A DNA stretch of 64,000 bases from Candidatus Sulfomarinibacteraceae bacterium (GCA_963741385.1 CAVUHO010000004.1:72099-136098); one strand, 5' to 3'; shown: positions 38,207-48,190, counted from the first letter of the stretch. Notes: generated by a model not told the origin, from the sequence alone. Program-made: numbers and translations.

Positions 38207-40045
38207 GTGACGACAACCACAGAAGTTGTGGCGACGTTTCGAAGCCAGCTGCCACACCTCCCACGCGCCCTCGGTTTGGTGTGGCGAGCCGCTCCGCGGT
38301 GGACCATGGCATGGTCGCTTCTCCTGGTGGTCCAGGGCGTGCTTCCTGTGGCGATGGTTTTCCTCACCCGCACCGTGGTGGATCGGCTCGCCGGTTCGGG
38401 AGAGACCGACGTGACCCCGGGGTCGCTGGGTCACGTCATCGCGCCGGTCATCGTTCTCGCCACTCTGTATCTCGTCTCGGAGATCCTGCGGGCCGTGACC
38501 AGGTTGGTGCGAACCACACAGGCGGACCTTGTTCGTGATCACGTCAGCGAATTGATCCAACGGCAGACGATACAGGCCGATTTCGCCCAGTTCGAGTCGC
38601 CCGAGTTCCACGATCGGCTTTATCGCGCGCGTCACGACAGCCATGAAGGCCCTACCGCCCTGGTTCAGAGCCTGGGCTTGCTCGTCCAGTCCTCGATCAC
38701 CCTGGGGGCAATGGCGATCGTCCTGGTTTCCCTCAGCTGGTGGGTTCCGCTGGCCCTGGTTGCAAGCACGCTGCCGGCCCTGTTCGTGGTCGCCCGCTAC
38801 GCACTGGCCCACCACCGTTGGACCCTCCAAACGACACCTGAGACGCGACGGTCCTGGTATTACGACTGGCTGTTGTCGACTCGCGAGACCGCTGCGGAAC
38901 TTCGACTGTTTGATCTCGGACCACGCTTCGCCACGTTGTTCCAGCGCATCCGCGGGCGGCTGCGGCGAGAGCGCTTCCATCTCACGCGGGCCGAGGCACT
39001 GGCCGAAATCGCCGCAGGCGGGTTTGCTCTCGTTGTCACAGGGACCCTGGTGGTCTGGATGATCGCGCGGACAGTCGAGGGCGCGATGAGCCTCGGTGCA
39101 CTCGCCATGTTCGTGCAGGCCTTTGCACAGGGCCAGACCCTGTTGCGTTCGCTCCTCGAAACGGTCGGTCAGATCTGGTCGAATATCCTCTTCCTCGACA
39201 ATCTGTTCAGCTTTCTCGACGTCGAACCGACGGTGGTCGACCCCACTCCACCAGAACGGCCGCCGGTGGTGTGTCCGCCTTCGATCCGGTTTCGTTCGAT
39301 CACCTTCGCCTATCCCGGCGCCGGACGGCAGGTGTTCCGGGATTTCGATCTCGAAATCGCCGCGGGCACGACGGCGGCTCTGCTCGGAGTCAACGGTGCG
39401 GGCAAGAGCACGCTCATCAAGCTCGTCTGCCGTTTCTATGACCCGGATCAGGGCGCCGTGGAGATCGGCGGCGTCGATATCCGGAAACTCGAGTTGGCCG
39501 CCCTCAGGCGTTTGGTCACCGCGTTGTTCCAGGAACCCGTCCACTACAGCGAGACCGCCGGCGACAACATCTCCATCGCCGATCTTGACCTCACTGCGAA
39601 CCCAGAGAGGACCGCCAGAGCGATCCGGACCGGCGGCGCAGGTCCGCTGATCTCGAAGCTGCCGCAGGGCGCGAACACCATGCTCGGGACCTGGTTCTCC
39701 GGGGGCGCCGAGCTCTCCGTCGGCGAGTGGCAGCGTCTCGCCCTCGCCCGGGCGCTGGTGCGTGCCGCCCCGGTCTTGCTCCTCGATGAGCCGACGGCGG
39801 CCTTCGACTCGTGGGCGGAGGCGCAGTGGGCCGCCCAACTCCGCGAGATGGCTCGCGGCCGCACCGTGGTGTTCATCACCCACCGCTTGACCACCGCCAT
39901 GCACGCCGATCGGATTCACGTCATGGACGGAGGCCGCATCGTCGAGTCCGGCAGCCATCGGGAACTCCTCGAAGCCAACGGTCCATACCGACGTGCTTGG
40001 GAGGGGCAATTCGGAGAATTCGGAATTCGGAATTCGGAATTCTGA
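38207..40045 (+). CDS. fused permease/ATPase ABC exporter (MsbA/McjD-type half transporter)
   Basis: Six N-terminal TM segments. GVNGAGKST, LSVGEWQRLALARAL, LLLDEPTAAFD. The last residues (GEFGIRNSEF) and the stop lie inside a heptamer repeat. Confidence 0.85.
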   Translation: MTTTTEVVATFRSQLPHLPRALGLVWRAAPRWTMAWSLLLVVQGVLPVAMVFLTRTVVDRLAGSGETDVTPGSLGHVIAPVIVLATLYLVSEILRAVTRLVRTTQADLVRDHVSELIQRQTIQADFAQFESPEFHDRLYRARHDSHEGPTALVQSLGLLVQSSITLGAMAIVLVSLSWWVPLALVASTLPALFVVARYALAHHRWTLQTTPETRRSWYYDWLLSTRETAAELRLFDLGPRFATLFQRIRGRLRRERFHLTRAEALAEIAAGGFALVVTGTLVVWMIARTVEGAMSLGALAMFVQAFAQGQTLLRSLLETVGQIWSNILFLDNLFSFLDVEPTVVDPTPPERPPVVCPPSIRFRSITFAYPGAGRQVFRDFDLEIAAGTTAALLGVNGAGKSTLIKLVCRFYDPDQGAVEIGGVDIRKLELAALRRLVTALFQEPVHYSETAGDNISIADLDLTANPERTARAIRTGGAGPLISKLPQGANTMLGTWFSGGAELSVGEWQRLALARALVRAAPVLLLDEPTAAFDSWAEAQWAAQLREMARGRTVVFITHRLTTAMHADRIHVMDGGRIVESGSHRELLEANGPYRRAWEGQFGEFGIRNSEF

Positions 40046-40050
40046 ATTCC
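40007..40050. repeat. heptanucleotide tandem repeat (GGAATTC)n, about 6 units with variants
   Basis: caattcg gagaattc ggaattc ggaattc ggaattc tgaattc. Contains the TGA stop of the ABC exporter (40043-40045). Confidence 0.95.
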
Positions 40051-40067
40051 CGGCCGCCCACTCGCCC

Positions 40068-40092
40068 GGCAGCCGGGACGGCTGCCCCACAA
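40068..40092. repeat. 25-nt hairpin unit (reverse orientation)
   Basis: GGCAGCCGGGACGGCTGCCCCACAA is the exact reverse complement of the unit at 25563-25587. Confidence 0.9.
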
Positions 40093-40098
40093 ATATCC

Positions 40099-40294
40099 GC
40101 GTGCGGCGGAGGTGCCTGGCATCCCGGCATGATGTTGTCCTCAACATCATGGCGACGTGCATCCTCTCGGGAACCGCCTACGGAAACGTGCCGCGTGCGG
40201 CGGAGGTGCCATTTTGAACATTGTCGGACGCTCGGACATCCCCGTCGGAGGAAGGATTCGGGCAGACAATGTTCGAGGTGGCTCCTCGCGGGAA
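40099..40294 (-). repeat. two copies (75 nt and 102 nt) of a structured stem-loop element, opposite orientation to the 46.5-kb copies
   Basis: Both start with GCGTGCGGCGGAGGTGCC (40099, 40193) and end in ..CCTC(T/G)CGGGAA. Internal stems are CATGATGTTG/CAACATCATG and GAACATTGTC/GACAATGTTC. Confidence 0.75.
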
Positions 40295-40367
40295 GCGCGT
40301 GAAAAAAGTCAAGCTACCTCAGAACATCGAGAAGGGCACGCCGTTGATTGAGCTATACTCCACCGCC

Positions 40368-40811
40368 ATGAATCGGGTCTCCTGGGAACGCTATTTCATG
40401 AACCTCGCTGTGCAGGCGGCGACGCGGTCGACGTGCCCCCGAAAACACGTCGGCGCGGTCATCGTCCGCGACAAGGCCATTCTCTCAACCGGTTACAACG
40501 GATCGATCCGGGGCGCGCCGCACTGCACCGATGTCGGCTGTCTGATGGACAACGGCCACTGCATCCGAACCGTCCACGCCGAAGCCAACGCCCTGGTCCA
40601 GGCGGCCTGCCACGGAACCCGCCTTGCTGGGGCACAGATCTACGTTACCGCGTCGCCGTGCTTCAACTGTTTCAAGCTGATCGTCAATTCGGGCATCCGG
40701 TCGATTTCCTTCGGCGAGTTCTACCGCGACGATCGTGTCCTCGAATTCGCCAAGGAGATCGGGGTCGAGATGGTCCACCTCGGGCTCGAGGACCAGCCAG
40801 CCGGGCCATGA
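40368..40811 (+). CDS. comEB: dCMP deaminase (ComEB family)
   Basis: SWERYFMNLA..RSTCPRKHVGAVIV..HAEANAL..SPCFNCFKLI zinc-binding motifs. ATG 40368 chosen because the upstream part of ORF 40221..40811 lies in the repeat element. Confidence 0.85.
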   Translation: MNRVSWERYFMNLAVQAATRSTCPRKHVGAVIVRDKAILSTGYNGSIRGAPHCTDVGCLMDNGHCIRTVHAEANALVQAACHGTRLAGAQIYVTASPCFNCFKLIVNSGIRSISFGEFYRDDRVLEFAKEIGVEMVHLGLEDQPAGP

Positions 40812-41401
40812 TCAACCTCGACCTCGACACGATCGGAATCCCTCTCGTCTGGTCCGAAATCTTCGGGCGCGATGCGCCGACCGACATCGAGATCGGATCC
40901 GGCAAGGGAAAGTTCCTCAACGAGACCGCCGCACTGCACCCGGAACGCAATATGCTCGCCGTTGAACGCTCCCCAAAGTACCAGCGGCTGTGTTGCGACC
41001 GGGCCGCCCGTCGAGGTCTCGACAACGTCAGGCTGGTCCGAACCACCGGCGAGGACCTCTTGTTCCGGCTTCTGGCCGCCGAATCGGTCCAGACCTTCTA
41101 CGTGCTCTTTCCCGACCCCTGGCCGAAAAAACGCCACCACAAACGCCGCTTCGTCAAACCCGAGGTGGTGGCGGCGATCAGGCGGGCACTGGTACCCGGC
41201 GGCGCGCTGCTCGTCAAGTCGGATCACGAGGGTTACGCGGAGGTCATCGACGACGTGCTGGCCAACGCTCCCGGGTTCGAGCGCGTCGACCCGGCAGGGG
41301 CGTTTGCCGGGCTCCCGGTGACGGGATTCGAACTGAAGTACCTCGCGGACGGCCGCACGATCCACTCGTTCGCCGTCCAACGACTCGACCAATCAGGGTG
41401 A
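40808..41401 (+). CDS. trmB: tRNA (guanine-N7)-methyltransferase
   Basis: IEIGSGKGKFL..FPDPWPKKRHHKRR..LLVKSDHEGY. ATGA overlap with the previous gene. Confidence 0.9.
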   Translation: MINLDLDTIGIPLVWSEIFGRDAPTDIEIGSGKGKFLNETAALHPERNMLAVERSPKYQRLCCDRAARRGLDNVRLVRTTGEDLLFRLLAAESVQTFYVLFPDPWPKKRHHKRRFVKPEVVAAIRRALVPGGALLVKSDHEGYAEVIDDVLANAPGFERVDPAGAFAGLPVTGFELKYLADGRTIHSFAVQRLDQSG

Positions 41402-41410
41402 CCTCGCCCC

Positions 41411-42772
41411 TCAGGAGATGACCTCGCCGGTGACTGCGGTGCCGTCGGAAAGCGTCAGGTTGTAGCGCACTCTCACCCGCGACCGGTTGGAAGAGACCTG
41501 CATCGTACCGCTTGTCACCTTTTCTCCGGGCGCCACGAACACTTCGAAAAATCGGGCGGCGTTGACTCTCTCGTAATCGCCCTGTTCCCACTTTCCTCCA
41601 CTGACAGTGCCCCGGGCGAGGCGCTCGAAGGACCCTCGCCCGTCGACCGTCAACCAGCCCTCGTCCACCGACACCTCGAGCCAGTTGCCGTGATTGGTCA
41701 CCGCGGTCGCAAATGGGCCGGTGTTCGACAGACTCACCTGAACCGATCGACCACTGCGCCGCACATCGACCTCGACAACGGGTTCCGGCCCCTCGCCGCC
41801 GAGATACCGGATCAGAGTCTCCCGGCTCAGGCCCAACTCCAACTCCGCCGGCGGGAGCATCAGAAGATCCCAACCACCAAGCTCCGGCAGGAGCAGCTTC
41901 TGGCTTTCGTCGATGGCTGCGTGGAGTCGAGAGGCATCCATCCAGCGAACGGCAACGGCGTCTCCGGGCGACCACCGGCTGCCGCTCCACGACACGCTCT
42001 TTGCAAAAACGAATGTCCGGTCGAGGCTGGAATTCGTCGAAACGGTGGCAACACCGTTTTCGGTGAGCCGGTCGAAATCCTCACCCGGACCCTCGAGGCC
42101 AGGCTCGGTTTTCGGTTGGATGACGATGCCGATCCTGACCCGGACACCGGAATCCGCGATTGGTTCGAGCTTGTCCCGCAGCGGCAGTGGATCGCGTTCG
42201 CCGATACCTCGGAGGACGGCGCCATCGGTTCCAAATGACGGTACGACGCAACTGCCTGAAGCCTCCGCGACCCTCCGCCCGAGGTCGGTTTCCAACTGCG
42301 TGAATGACAGTACGGGCACGACTGAAAGTCCCGAAACCTCGCGGAGGGCCACCACGAATTCATCGAGACCCGGTTCGAGGTTCGGCAGGTCGAGAATCAC
42401 TTCGGCCGGCAGTGCGCCTCTGAGATCGCCTTCGAGTGCGCGCCAAACCGCAGTCGCCGCCGCTTCACCGAGATCGGGGCGGACGCCCGTGACCTCGACG
42501 GCGATGCCCAGGGGAATAGACCCCTCGACCGGTCCGGCGGAACCGATCCGCAACACCGGCGCCTGTCCGCTGAGGTCGACACTCCCCCGCCACATGACCA
42601 CTTCGTCGACTCCGACGCGCTGCAGACGAGCGGCCGTGACCTCGTCGATGCCCGAGTCGTCAAGCCAGACGACGAGCCGGCGCGGGGTCGGGGGGATGTC
42701 TCGAGCAACCGGAGATTGTCCGCCGCACGCGGCGACGGCCAGAAGCCCAAGCGAGAGAACCACCCGTTTCAT
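41411..42772 (-). CDS. lipoprotein of unknown function
   Basis: MKRVVLSLGLLAVAAC lipobox. No other motif recognised. Confidence 0.6.
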   Translation of the reverse strand: MKRVVLSLGLLAVAACGGQSPVARDIPPTPRRLVVWLDDSGIDEVTAARLQRVGVDEVVMWRGSVDLSGQAPVLRIGSAGPVEGSIPLGIAVEVTGVRPDLGEAAATAVWRALEGDLRGALPAEVILDLPNLEPGLDEFVVALREVSGLSVVPVLSFTQLETDLGRRVAEASGSCVVPSFGTDGAVLRGIGERDPLPLRDKLEPIADSGVRVRIGIVIQPKTEPGLEGPGEDFDRLTENGVATVSTNSSLDRTFVFAKSVSWSGSRWSPGDAVAVRWMDASRLHAAIDESQKLLLPELGGWDLLMLPPAELELGLSRETLIRYLGGEGPEPVVEVDVRRSGRSVQVSLSNTGPFATAVTNHGNWLEVSVDEGWLTVDGRGSFERLARGTVSGGKWEQGDYERVNAARFFEVFVAPGEKVTSGTMQVSSNRSRVRVRYNLTLSDGTAVTGEVIS

Positions 42773-42830
42773 CACCGCTGTATCCTAACCTGGAATACGT
42801 GAGCCATGGTTGCCACCGTACCTCGGGAAC

Positions 42831-45800
42831 TCAATTCGCATCCTCGGCATCGGATGTGATGGACACGGGCGGAAACTCGAGCCGCACGATCAGACCGCGC
42901 GGTCCATTCGCCGCCTCCACCCGGCCCTGGCACCTCGTCACCACCTGGTGAACCAGGGCCAGCCCGAGCCCGCTGCCTGAGGTGGTGGTCGAAAAATGGG
43001 GCGAAAACAGATCCGGCAGCCGTTCGTCGGGAACTCCGCCGGCAGTGTCCTCGACCTCGAGGATGACCCGCTCGGGTTCGTCGAGGAGTCGCAGGGTGAT
43101 CGTGCCCGAATCGTCGCCAAGAGCATCGATGCTGTTCTGGATCAGATTTGCCACCGCCCGGTGCAGCCAGTGGCGATCGCCCCTGATCGGCGGCGGCGGC
43201 GGCGACGGGATGTCACGCGCGAAGGCGATGCCGCGCCGGGTGAAGATTGCCGACTGCGCCGAAACACCATCGAGAATCGATACCAGGTTCACAGGGGTGG
43301 GCTCCCAGTGTTCCAGGGCAACCAGGTTCGAAAATGAATTCGCGGTCTCCTGGAGACGGGTCACCTGTTCGGCGATTTCGAGGCAGGCCTCCTCCAGGAG
43401 CTGGCGCAGATCGGGATCATTGCGGGCCATGGCGACCTGGAGCTCCTGCACCCAGAGTCGAACCGGGGTCAAGGGGTTCTTGACTTCGTGCGCGACGATG
43501 CGGGCCATCTGATTGAGCTGCAGGGCACGGTCGGCGCGCACCAGGTCTGTCACATCGTCGACAACCGCCACGAGACCCAACGAGCCGTCGGGAAAAGGCA
43601 CGCCGGCAACACCGATACGCCACGTCAGGTCGCGGCCCGGGACCGGCTGCACGGTCTTCGCCGCCGAGCCCCCGACGCTCGCCTCCTCCACGATTAAACG
43701 CAGTTGATCGAGGAAAAGCCGCCCGTGTTCTTCCTTCAGGCGGTGGGCAGCCGGGTTGGCGAACTTTTCGGTGCCGTCGGGCTCCAGCACCACGACCGCC
43801 GGTTCGAGGGTCTTCAGGGTGATCCTCAGCAGCTCCTCCTGGTGGCGCAGGCTGAGTTCGCGTTGCCGGACCTCCTCGTTCATCGAAGCGACCGCGTCGA
43901 GGACCTCGGCCAGGTCGGTTTCGCGCGGTCGTTGAATCGTGCCCAGAGGCTTGCCGTCGAGCAGATTTCGCGCCAGCGCAACCAGCTCCCGCAAGGAACT
44001 GCTGAGGCGCTTCTCGATTCGGGTCGTCAGCACCAACGCGAACAGAGCCGACAGACAGGCGCCCGTCAACAACCAGTCCACCGCTCCCAGGTCCGAGCCG
44101 GAACCGGAGGCGAGCGGTTGGAACAGGTGGAGGAGCAACCGCCGATCCTGAAGCACCACGGGTCCGGCGGCGACCAGCTGATCGTTCCACCTGACGACGA
44201 CAGGATCGTAGCGACCCAGCAGGTAGGGCGGGAATGATTCGGGCAGCGGAAACCAGGGAAGGAGGCCGTTGCTGAGGAGGTCAGGCCGCGACACCGCGAC
44301 CAGGTCGGCGCCATCCCACAGGACAACCTCGCCGCCCCATCCGTCGGCCAACCATTTTGCCAGCTCGTCATCGACGTCAAACCCACCGCCGAGATGGACG
44401 GCGGTGTAGCGGGCGGCGCGCAGCGCTTCCAATCCTCGAAGCCGCTCGAGACGCCTTTCCTGGTCGCTGATTCTCAGATGGAGGAACAGGGTCAAAACAA
44501 ACAGCGGCAAGACGACGCCCCCGGCCACCAGGAGCCTCAATCGCCCGCCGAAGGTCGCGAGGTCATTGCGGCGCACCACCGGCGGCAGGGCGACGGCCGT
44601 GCCGAGCAGCGCCCACAGCATGGCGATGGCCGTACGAACCACCCAGTCCGACGTCGACGGTTGATGGCTGGCCGCAACCACCAACCACGAACCGGTGCGT
44701 CGCACACGGGCGAGGCGCCGATCGTCACCAACGGTGATCCACGTCCACCCGCCACCCGAATGAAACAGCTCTCCCGCGCGAATGGTGTCGAGGTTGCCGA
44801 TCTGCGGATGGAGGCTGGCGGCGACCTCGCCCGACCGCGTCAGAACGGCGTACCAGATCGAGTGTTCCTCCGAAACCTCCAACGTCTGATCCGAGCGCCA
44901 GTCCCTGAGCAGGCTCCACGGTTCGGTCGCCACCACGAGCTCGACCGCGCCCCCGGCGGGAGGTTCGAACGGCCACCGCCGCACCATCCTGGTGGCGGAG
45001 GATGCAGGCGACAGATCGCCCCACTGCGACACGACGAAACCCTGGTCATCGACAAACCTGAGTTCGGACGGAGTCCGCCACTCGTCGAGGCGCCACCGAT
45101 CAGCAAGGGCCGGCGCGAGATCGGTCAGACGGCACTGGTCGGCCGGGGCCGGCAGCACCTCGTCCACCACCAGCTCACCCCGTGGCAGAACCACTCCTGA
45201 ATCCGCTCCCTCGAAACGATCCAGCTGTACCGGGATCCTGATGGTGAACGCGATCAGACCGATGATGGCCAGCGCGGCGGTCCCGATGAGACGGCGATCC
45301 AGCGAGTACCCGGCGCGTGTGGTCCCCGGCCAACCGACAATCACGAATGCGAGTGCCACCATCCAGATGCCACCCATGCCGGGACGCTGCAGGTGGTCGG
45401 GCAGCCAGCTGAATCGCGCGATCGGGGTACAGAACACGGCCGCAACCGCCGCCGAGACCACCGTCGTCATCACCAACAGCCTGGACCATACCGGACGGAG
45501 ATTTCTCGCGAGCCGACCCAGCGCCGCCCCCGTCACGAGCAATGCGAGGGCGAACACGCTGCCGGGTATCGGACCCTCCGCGATCACCAATGAGCCGACT
45601 CCAACCGCCACCACGAACCCGGCGATCCGGGGGTGGAGCAACAGCGCGAGAACCGCCAGCACGAACCACCCGAGCCACCGCCACCCCGGTCCTTCGGTTC
45701 GCGGGTTGACGATCACCGATACCGGCACCTCCACGCCCGGTCTCCTGGACAAACGGATCGTTCGTGCACCGGTATCGCATTCGCCGATCGCAAGGGCGTG

Positions 45801-46448
45801 GCCCCTCGGTGAACGCATCCCCCAGATCTCACGAGCCTGCACAACCGTGCGGTCAGCCACCACGACCGCGCCCACCAACCTGCCCTCGATGAACAGTGGT
45901 TCGCGCAACCAGAGATCGGCGCCGGCCACCGACCACGAAACGCCCCACTGCCGCTGGCCGAGCGAGCGAACGCCGTACGGAAAAGCGTTGCCGGCCCCTC
46001 CCCAGGCGATGACCTGTCCGCGATCGTCCACCAGATACGCGGTCCGACCGATCGCTCCGCCGGCCTCCAACTCGAGCACGGCGAAGGGCCGCGATGGGTC
46101 CACCGCCTCACCGGCGGCGCTGAGCAGTCGGGTGAGATCATCGTCGGTTGCGAGGACCTCGCCTGTCGCCAACATCTCGCCACAGTGTCGATCCAGCTGA
46201 TCGGTCAACCGCTGAGGATCGAAATTCCCCGCCGACGGCCACAGGACCGTGACCGCAGCCACCGCCACCGCGACCCACGGCAGCCAACCCCGCTCGCGCG
46301 GCCGAGCGAGAACGAGCAACGCGCCGCACAACCCGATGACTGCCGCCGGCGACGGCTCCCAGAGTGGCCACGGCCCGCACACCGCCACCGCCGCCAGCGC
46401 GAGCAGCCAGGATCTGGTGGATCGTGTCTCTTGTGGGGGGCTACCCAT
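42831..46448 (-). CDS. large membrane sensor histidine kinase, NtrY-like core (PAS-HisKA-HATPase_c)
   Basis: 1205 aa with many TM segments in the first ~700 aa. H-box IVAHEVKNPLTPV, N-box LIQNSIDAL, G-boxes EDTAGGVP and GSGLGLALV. Confidence 0.8.
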   Translation of the reverse strand: MGSPPQETRSTRSWLLALAAVAVCGPWPLWEPSPAAVIGLCGALLVLARPRERGWLPWVAVAVAAVTVLWPSAGNFDPQRLTDQLDRHCGEMLATGEVLATDDDLTRLLSAAGEAVDPSRPFAVLELEAGGAIGRTAYLVDDRGQVIAWGGAGNAFPYGVRSLGQRQWGVSWSVAGADLWLREPLFIEGRLVGAVVVADRTVVQAREIWGMRSPRGHALAIGECDTGARTIRLSRRPGVEVPVSVIVNPRTEGPGWRWLGWFVLAVLALLLHPRIAGFVVAVGVGSLVIAEGPIPGSVFALALLVTGAALGRLARNLRPVWSRLLVMTTVVSAAVAAVFCTPIARFSWLPDHLQRPGMGGIWMVALAFVIVGWPGTTRAGYSLDRRLIGTAALAIIGLIAFTIRIPVQLDRFEGADSGVVLPRGELVVDEVLPAPADQCRLTDLAPALADRWRLDEWRTPSELRFVDDQGFVVSQWGDLSPASSATRMVRRWPFEPPAGGAVELVVATEPWSLLRDWRSDQTLEVSEEHSIWYAVLTRSGEVAASLHPQIGNLDTIRAGELFHSGGGWTWITVGDDRRLARVRRTGSWLVVAASHQPSTSDWVVRTAIAMLWALLGTAVALPPVVRRNDLATFGGRLRLLVAGGVVLPLFVLTLFLHLRISDQERRLERLRGLEALRAARYTAVHLGGGFDVDDELAKWLADGWGGEVVLWDGADLVAVSRPDLLSNGLLPWFPLPESFPPYLLGRYDPVVVRWNDQLVAAGPVVLQDRRLLLHLFQPLASGSGSDLGAVDWLLTGACLSALFALVLTTRIEKRLSSSLRELVALARNLLDGKPLGTIQRPRETDLAEVLDAVASMNEEVRQRELSLRHQEELLRITLKTLEPAVVVLEPDGTEKFANPAAHRLKEEHGRLFLDQLRLIVEEASVGGSAAKTVQPVPGRDLTWRIGVAGVPFPDGSLGLVAVVDDVTDLVRADRALQLNQMARIVAHEVKNPLTPVRLWVQELQVAMARNDPDLRQLLEEACLEIAEQVTRLQETANSFSNLVALEHWEPTPVNLVSILDGVSAQSAIFTRRGIAFARDIPSPPPPPIRGDRHWLHRAVANLIQNSIDALGDDSGTITLRLLDEPERVILEVEDTAGGVPDERLPDLFSPHFSTTTSGSGLGLALVHQVVTRCQGRVEAANGPRGLIVRLEFPPVSITSDAEDAN

Positions 46449-46513
46449 TGCCGGGAGTATATCGTGAGAGGGGATGTCTCGAGATCGGGGCGGGAATGAC
46501 TTTCATGACGACC

Positions 46514-46734
46514 TTCCCGCGAGGAGCCACCCCCGACATTGTTTGCCCCAACATCACTGGCAGCCTGAATGCTGGGGGATCAAACAATGTCAAGAATGGC
46601 ACCTCCGCCGCACGCTGACTTTCCACACTCGCTTCCCGAGAGGAGCCACCCTTGACATTGCTTGCCCCAACATCACGGGCAGCTTGAATGCAGGGGAATC
46701 AAACAATGTCAAGAATGGCACCTCCGCCGCACGC
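46514..46734 (+). repeat. two tandem 102-nt copies of a structured stem-loop element (period 119 nt)
   Basis: Copies at 46514-46615 and 46633-46734. TTCCCG(C/A)GAGGAGCCACC..GACATTG(T/C)TTG..CAAACAATGTC..GGCACCTCCGCCGCACGC. An 11-bp outer stem encloses CCCCA/TGGGG. Confidence 0.85.
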
Positions 46735-46788
46735 GGTCCCACCCGCCCTGAGCACTCGGGCGTTTCATGTCGGTGGGGGTGCGGGTGG

Positions 46789-46822
<34 letters not shown>

Positions 46823-46933
46823 GAAGATGTAACCTTTTCATCTGCCGTGCGTATTCAATTTTGAAGGTCGCACTGCCGCGACCACCCGCGGGTGCGGCAG
46901 AAAAGAACGACCTGCATCAACCTCCTCCTTCAT

Positions 46934-46961
46934 GGCTCCTCCCCCGGGAGCCAACTTTTTT
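46934..46961 (+). terminator. intrinsic-terminator-like hairpin plus T6 on the plus strand
   Basis: GGCTCC tccccc GGGAGCC aac TTTTTT. There is no plus-strand CDS upstream. On the minus strand it follows the stop of gene 46980..47333 but lacks a U-tract. Confidence 0.45.
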
Positions 46962-46979
46962 CCGGGACGCCGGGCCCTC

Positions 46980-47333
46980 TTATCGCATCCGCGCGTCGAG
47001 GGCGTCGAAAAAGGCGGCGATGTTCTTCTCGCTCTTTTTCGAGCCCGGCTTGTCGGTCGAGTGCACCGCGACCTGCGTGCCGCTGCCGGACGCGGTCAGC
47101 CGGACCTCGAAAGTCACCGCCTTCGAGAGGGTTTTCTTCGGCGCCTCCATGGTGAACCAGTGCTCGGAGCGATCCGAGCCGGTGACCTCCAGCTCCGCAT
47201 CGCGCGCCGCCTTCACCGCCTCGTCCCACACCAGCTCGATGGACTTTTCGTAGGACCGGACATCGGCCGCCGACACCACCGCCGCCGCCGCGACACACAT
47301 CACAACCAGCCACGCGATCTTCCAAGTCTTCAT
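46980..47333 (-). CDS. small secreted protein (117 aa)
   Basis: MKTWKIAWLVVMCVAAAAVVSA signal peptide. ATG 47333 chosen inside ORF 46980..47354. Confidence 0.55.
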   Translation of the reverse strand: MKTWKIAWLVVMCVAAAAVVSAADVRSYEKSIELVWDEAVKAARDAELEVTGSDRSEHWFTMEAPKKTLSKAVTFEVRLTASGSGTQVAVHSTDKPGSKKSEKNIAAFFDALDARMR

Positions 47334-47467
47334 CGTCGGTGATCCTCCACCCACAATGGTAGCGCACAGGTGCTTCGGCGCCCCGGAAGCCGCAACCGAA
47401 CCGATGGTACACTCCGGCCTGGTTCTTGATTTGATCTACAGTCCCGGTCGACGAAAGGGAGGCGCGG

Positions 47468-48190
47468 GTGAAGCGAGCATTTGTTCTGATTGCTCTGGCG
47501 GCCGTTCCGGCCTTCGCGGACGACGTCTACCTGCGGGGAGGCGGCCGGATCACCGGTGAGATCATCGAACAGACCGAAGACTCGGTGAGCGTCGACATCG
47601 GCGGCGGGTCTCTCACGGTCCGGATGTCGAGTGTCGAGCGCATCGAAAAGAGCGTCTCACCCATGCAGGAGTACCGGGCCCGCGCCGCGGAGATCCCGGC
47701 CGGCGACACCGAGGCGTGGCGGGAGCTTGCCCGGTGGGCAACCAGCAATGCCCTCGGCAGCCAGGTCGCGGATGCCTACTCGCACGTGGTCGCGATCCTG
47801 CCGAACGACGAGGAAGCGAACCGCGCGCTGGGGCGGGTCCGTCTCGACGGGAGGTGGGTCAGCGAGGAGGAAAGCTACAAAGCGCGAGGCTACATCGAGT
47901 TCGAAGGCGAGTGGATGACCCCGGCCGAACGGCAGGCGATTCTCGCCGAACGACAGGCCCGCGACAACGAGTATCGCCAGGCGAACGAGGCCCGGATCCA
48001 GGAGATCGAGGCCGAACAGAAGGCGCAGAAGGAACGCGACGAAGCTGACCGCAACGCGTCCGGCGGCGGCCTGCCCGTGTACGGCGATCCGGTCTACTGG
48101 GGATGGGGTCCCGGGCCGGCATACTGGCCCGCGATACCGCAACAGCTGCCGTCCAACCTGGGTGGCGCTGCGGGGGGAGGTCGGCGATGA
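47468..48190 (+). CDS. secreted protein of unknown function with charged coiled-coil-like C-terminal half
   Basis: MKRAFVLIALAAVPAFA signal. ..ERQARDNEYRQANEARIQEIEAEQKAQKERDEADR. GTG start. Confidence 0.55.
   Translation: MKRAFVLIALAAVPAFADDVYLRGGGRITGEIIEQTEDSVSVDIGGGSLTVRMSSVERIEKSVSPMQEYRARAAEIPAGDTEAWRELARWATSNALGSQVADAYSHVVAILPNDEEANRALGRVRLDGRWVSEEESYKARGYIEFEGEWMTPAERQAILAERQARDNEYRQANEARIQEIEAEQKAQKERDEADRNASGGGLPVYGDPVYWGWGPGPAYWPAIPQQLPSNLGGAAGGGRR

Noticed and set aside
40221-40367. Upstream extension of the dCMP deaminase ORF (start at 40221 or 40269)
   Set aside because: The extension is encoded by the 102-nt repeat element, and deaminase homology begins at MNRVSWERYFM (40368).
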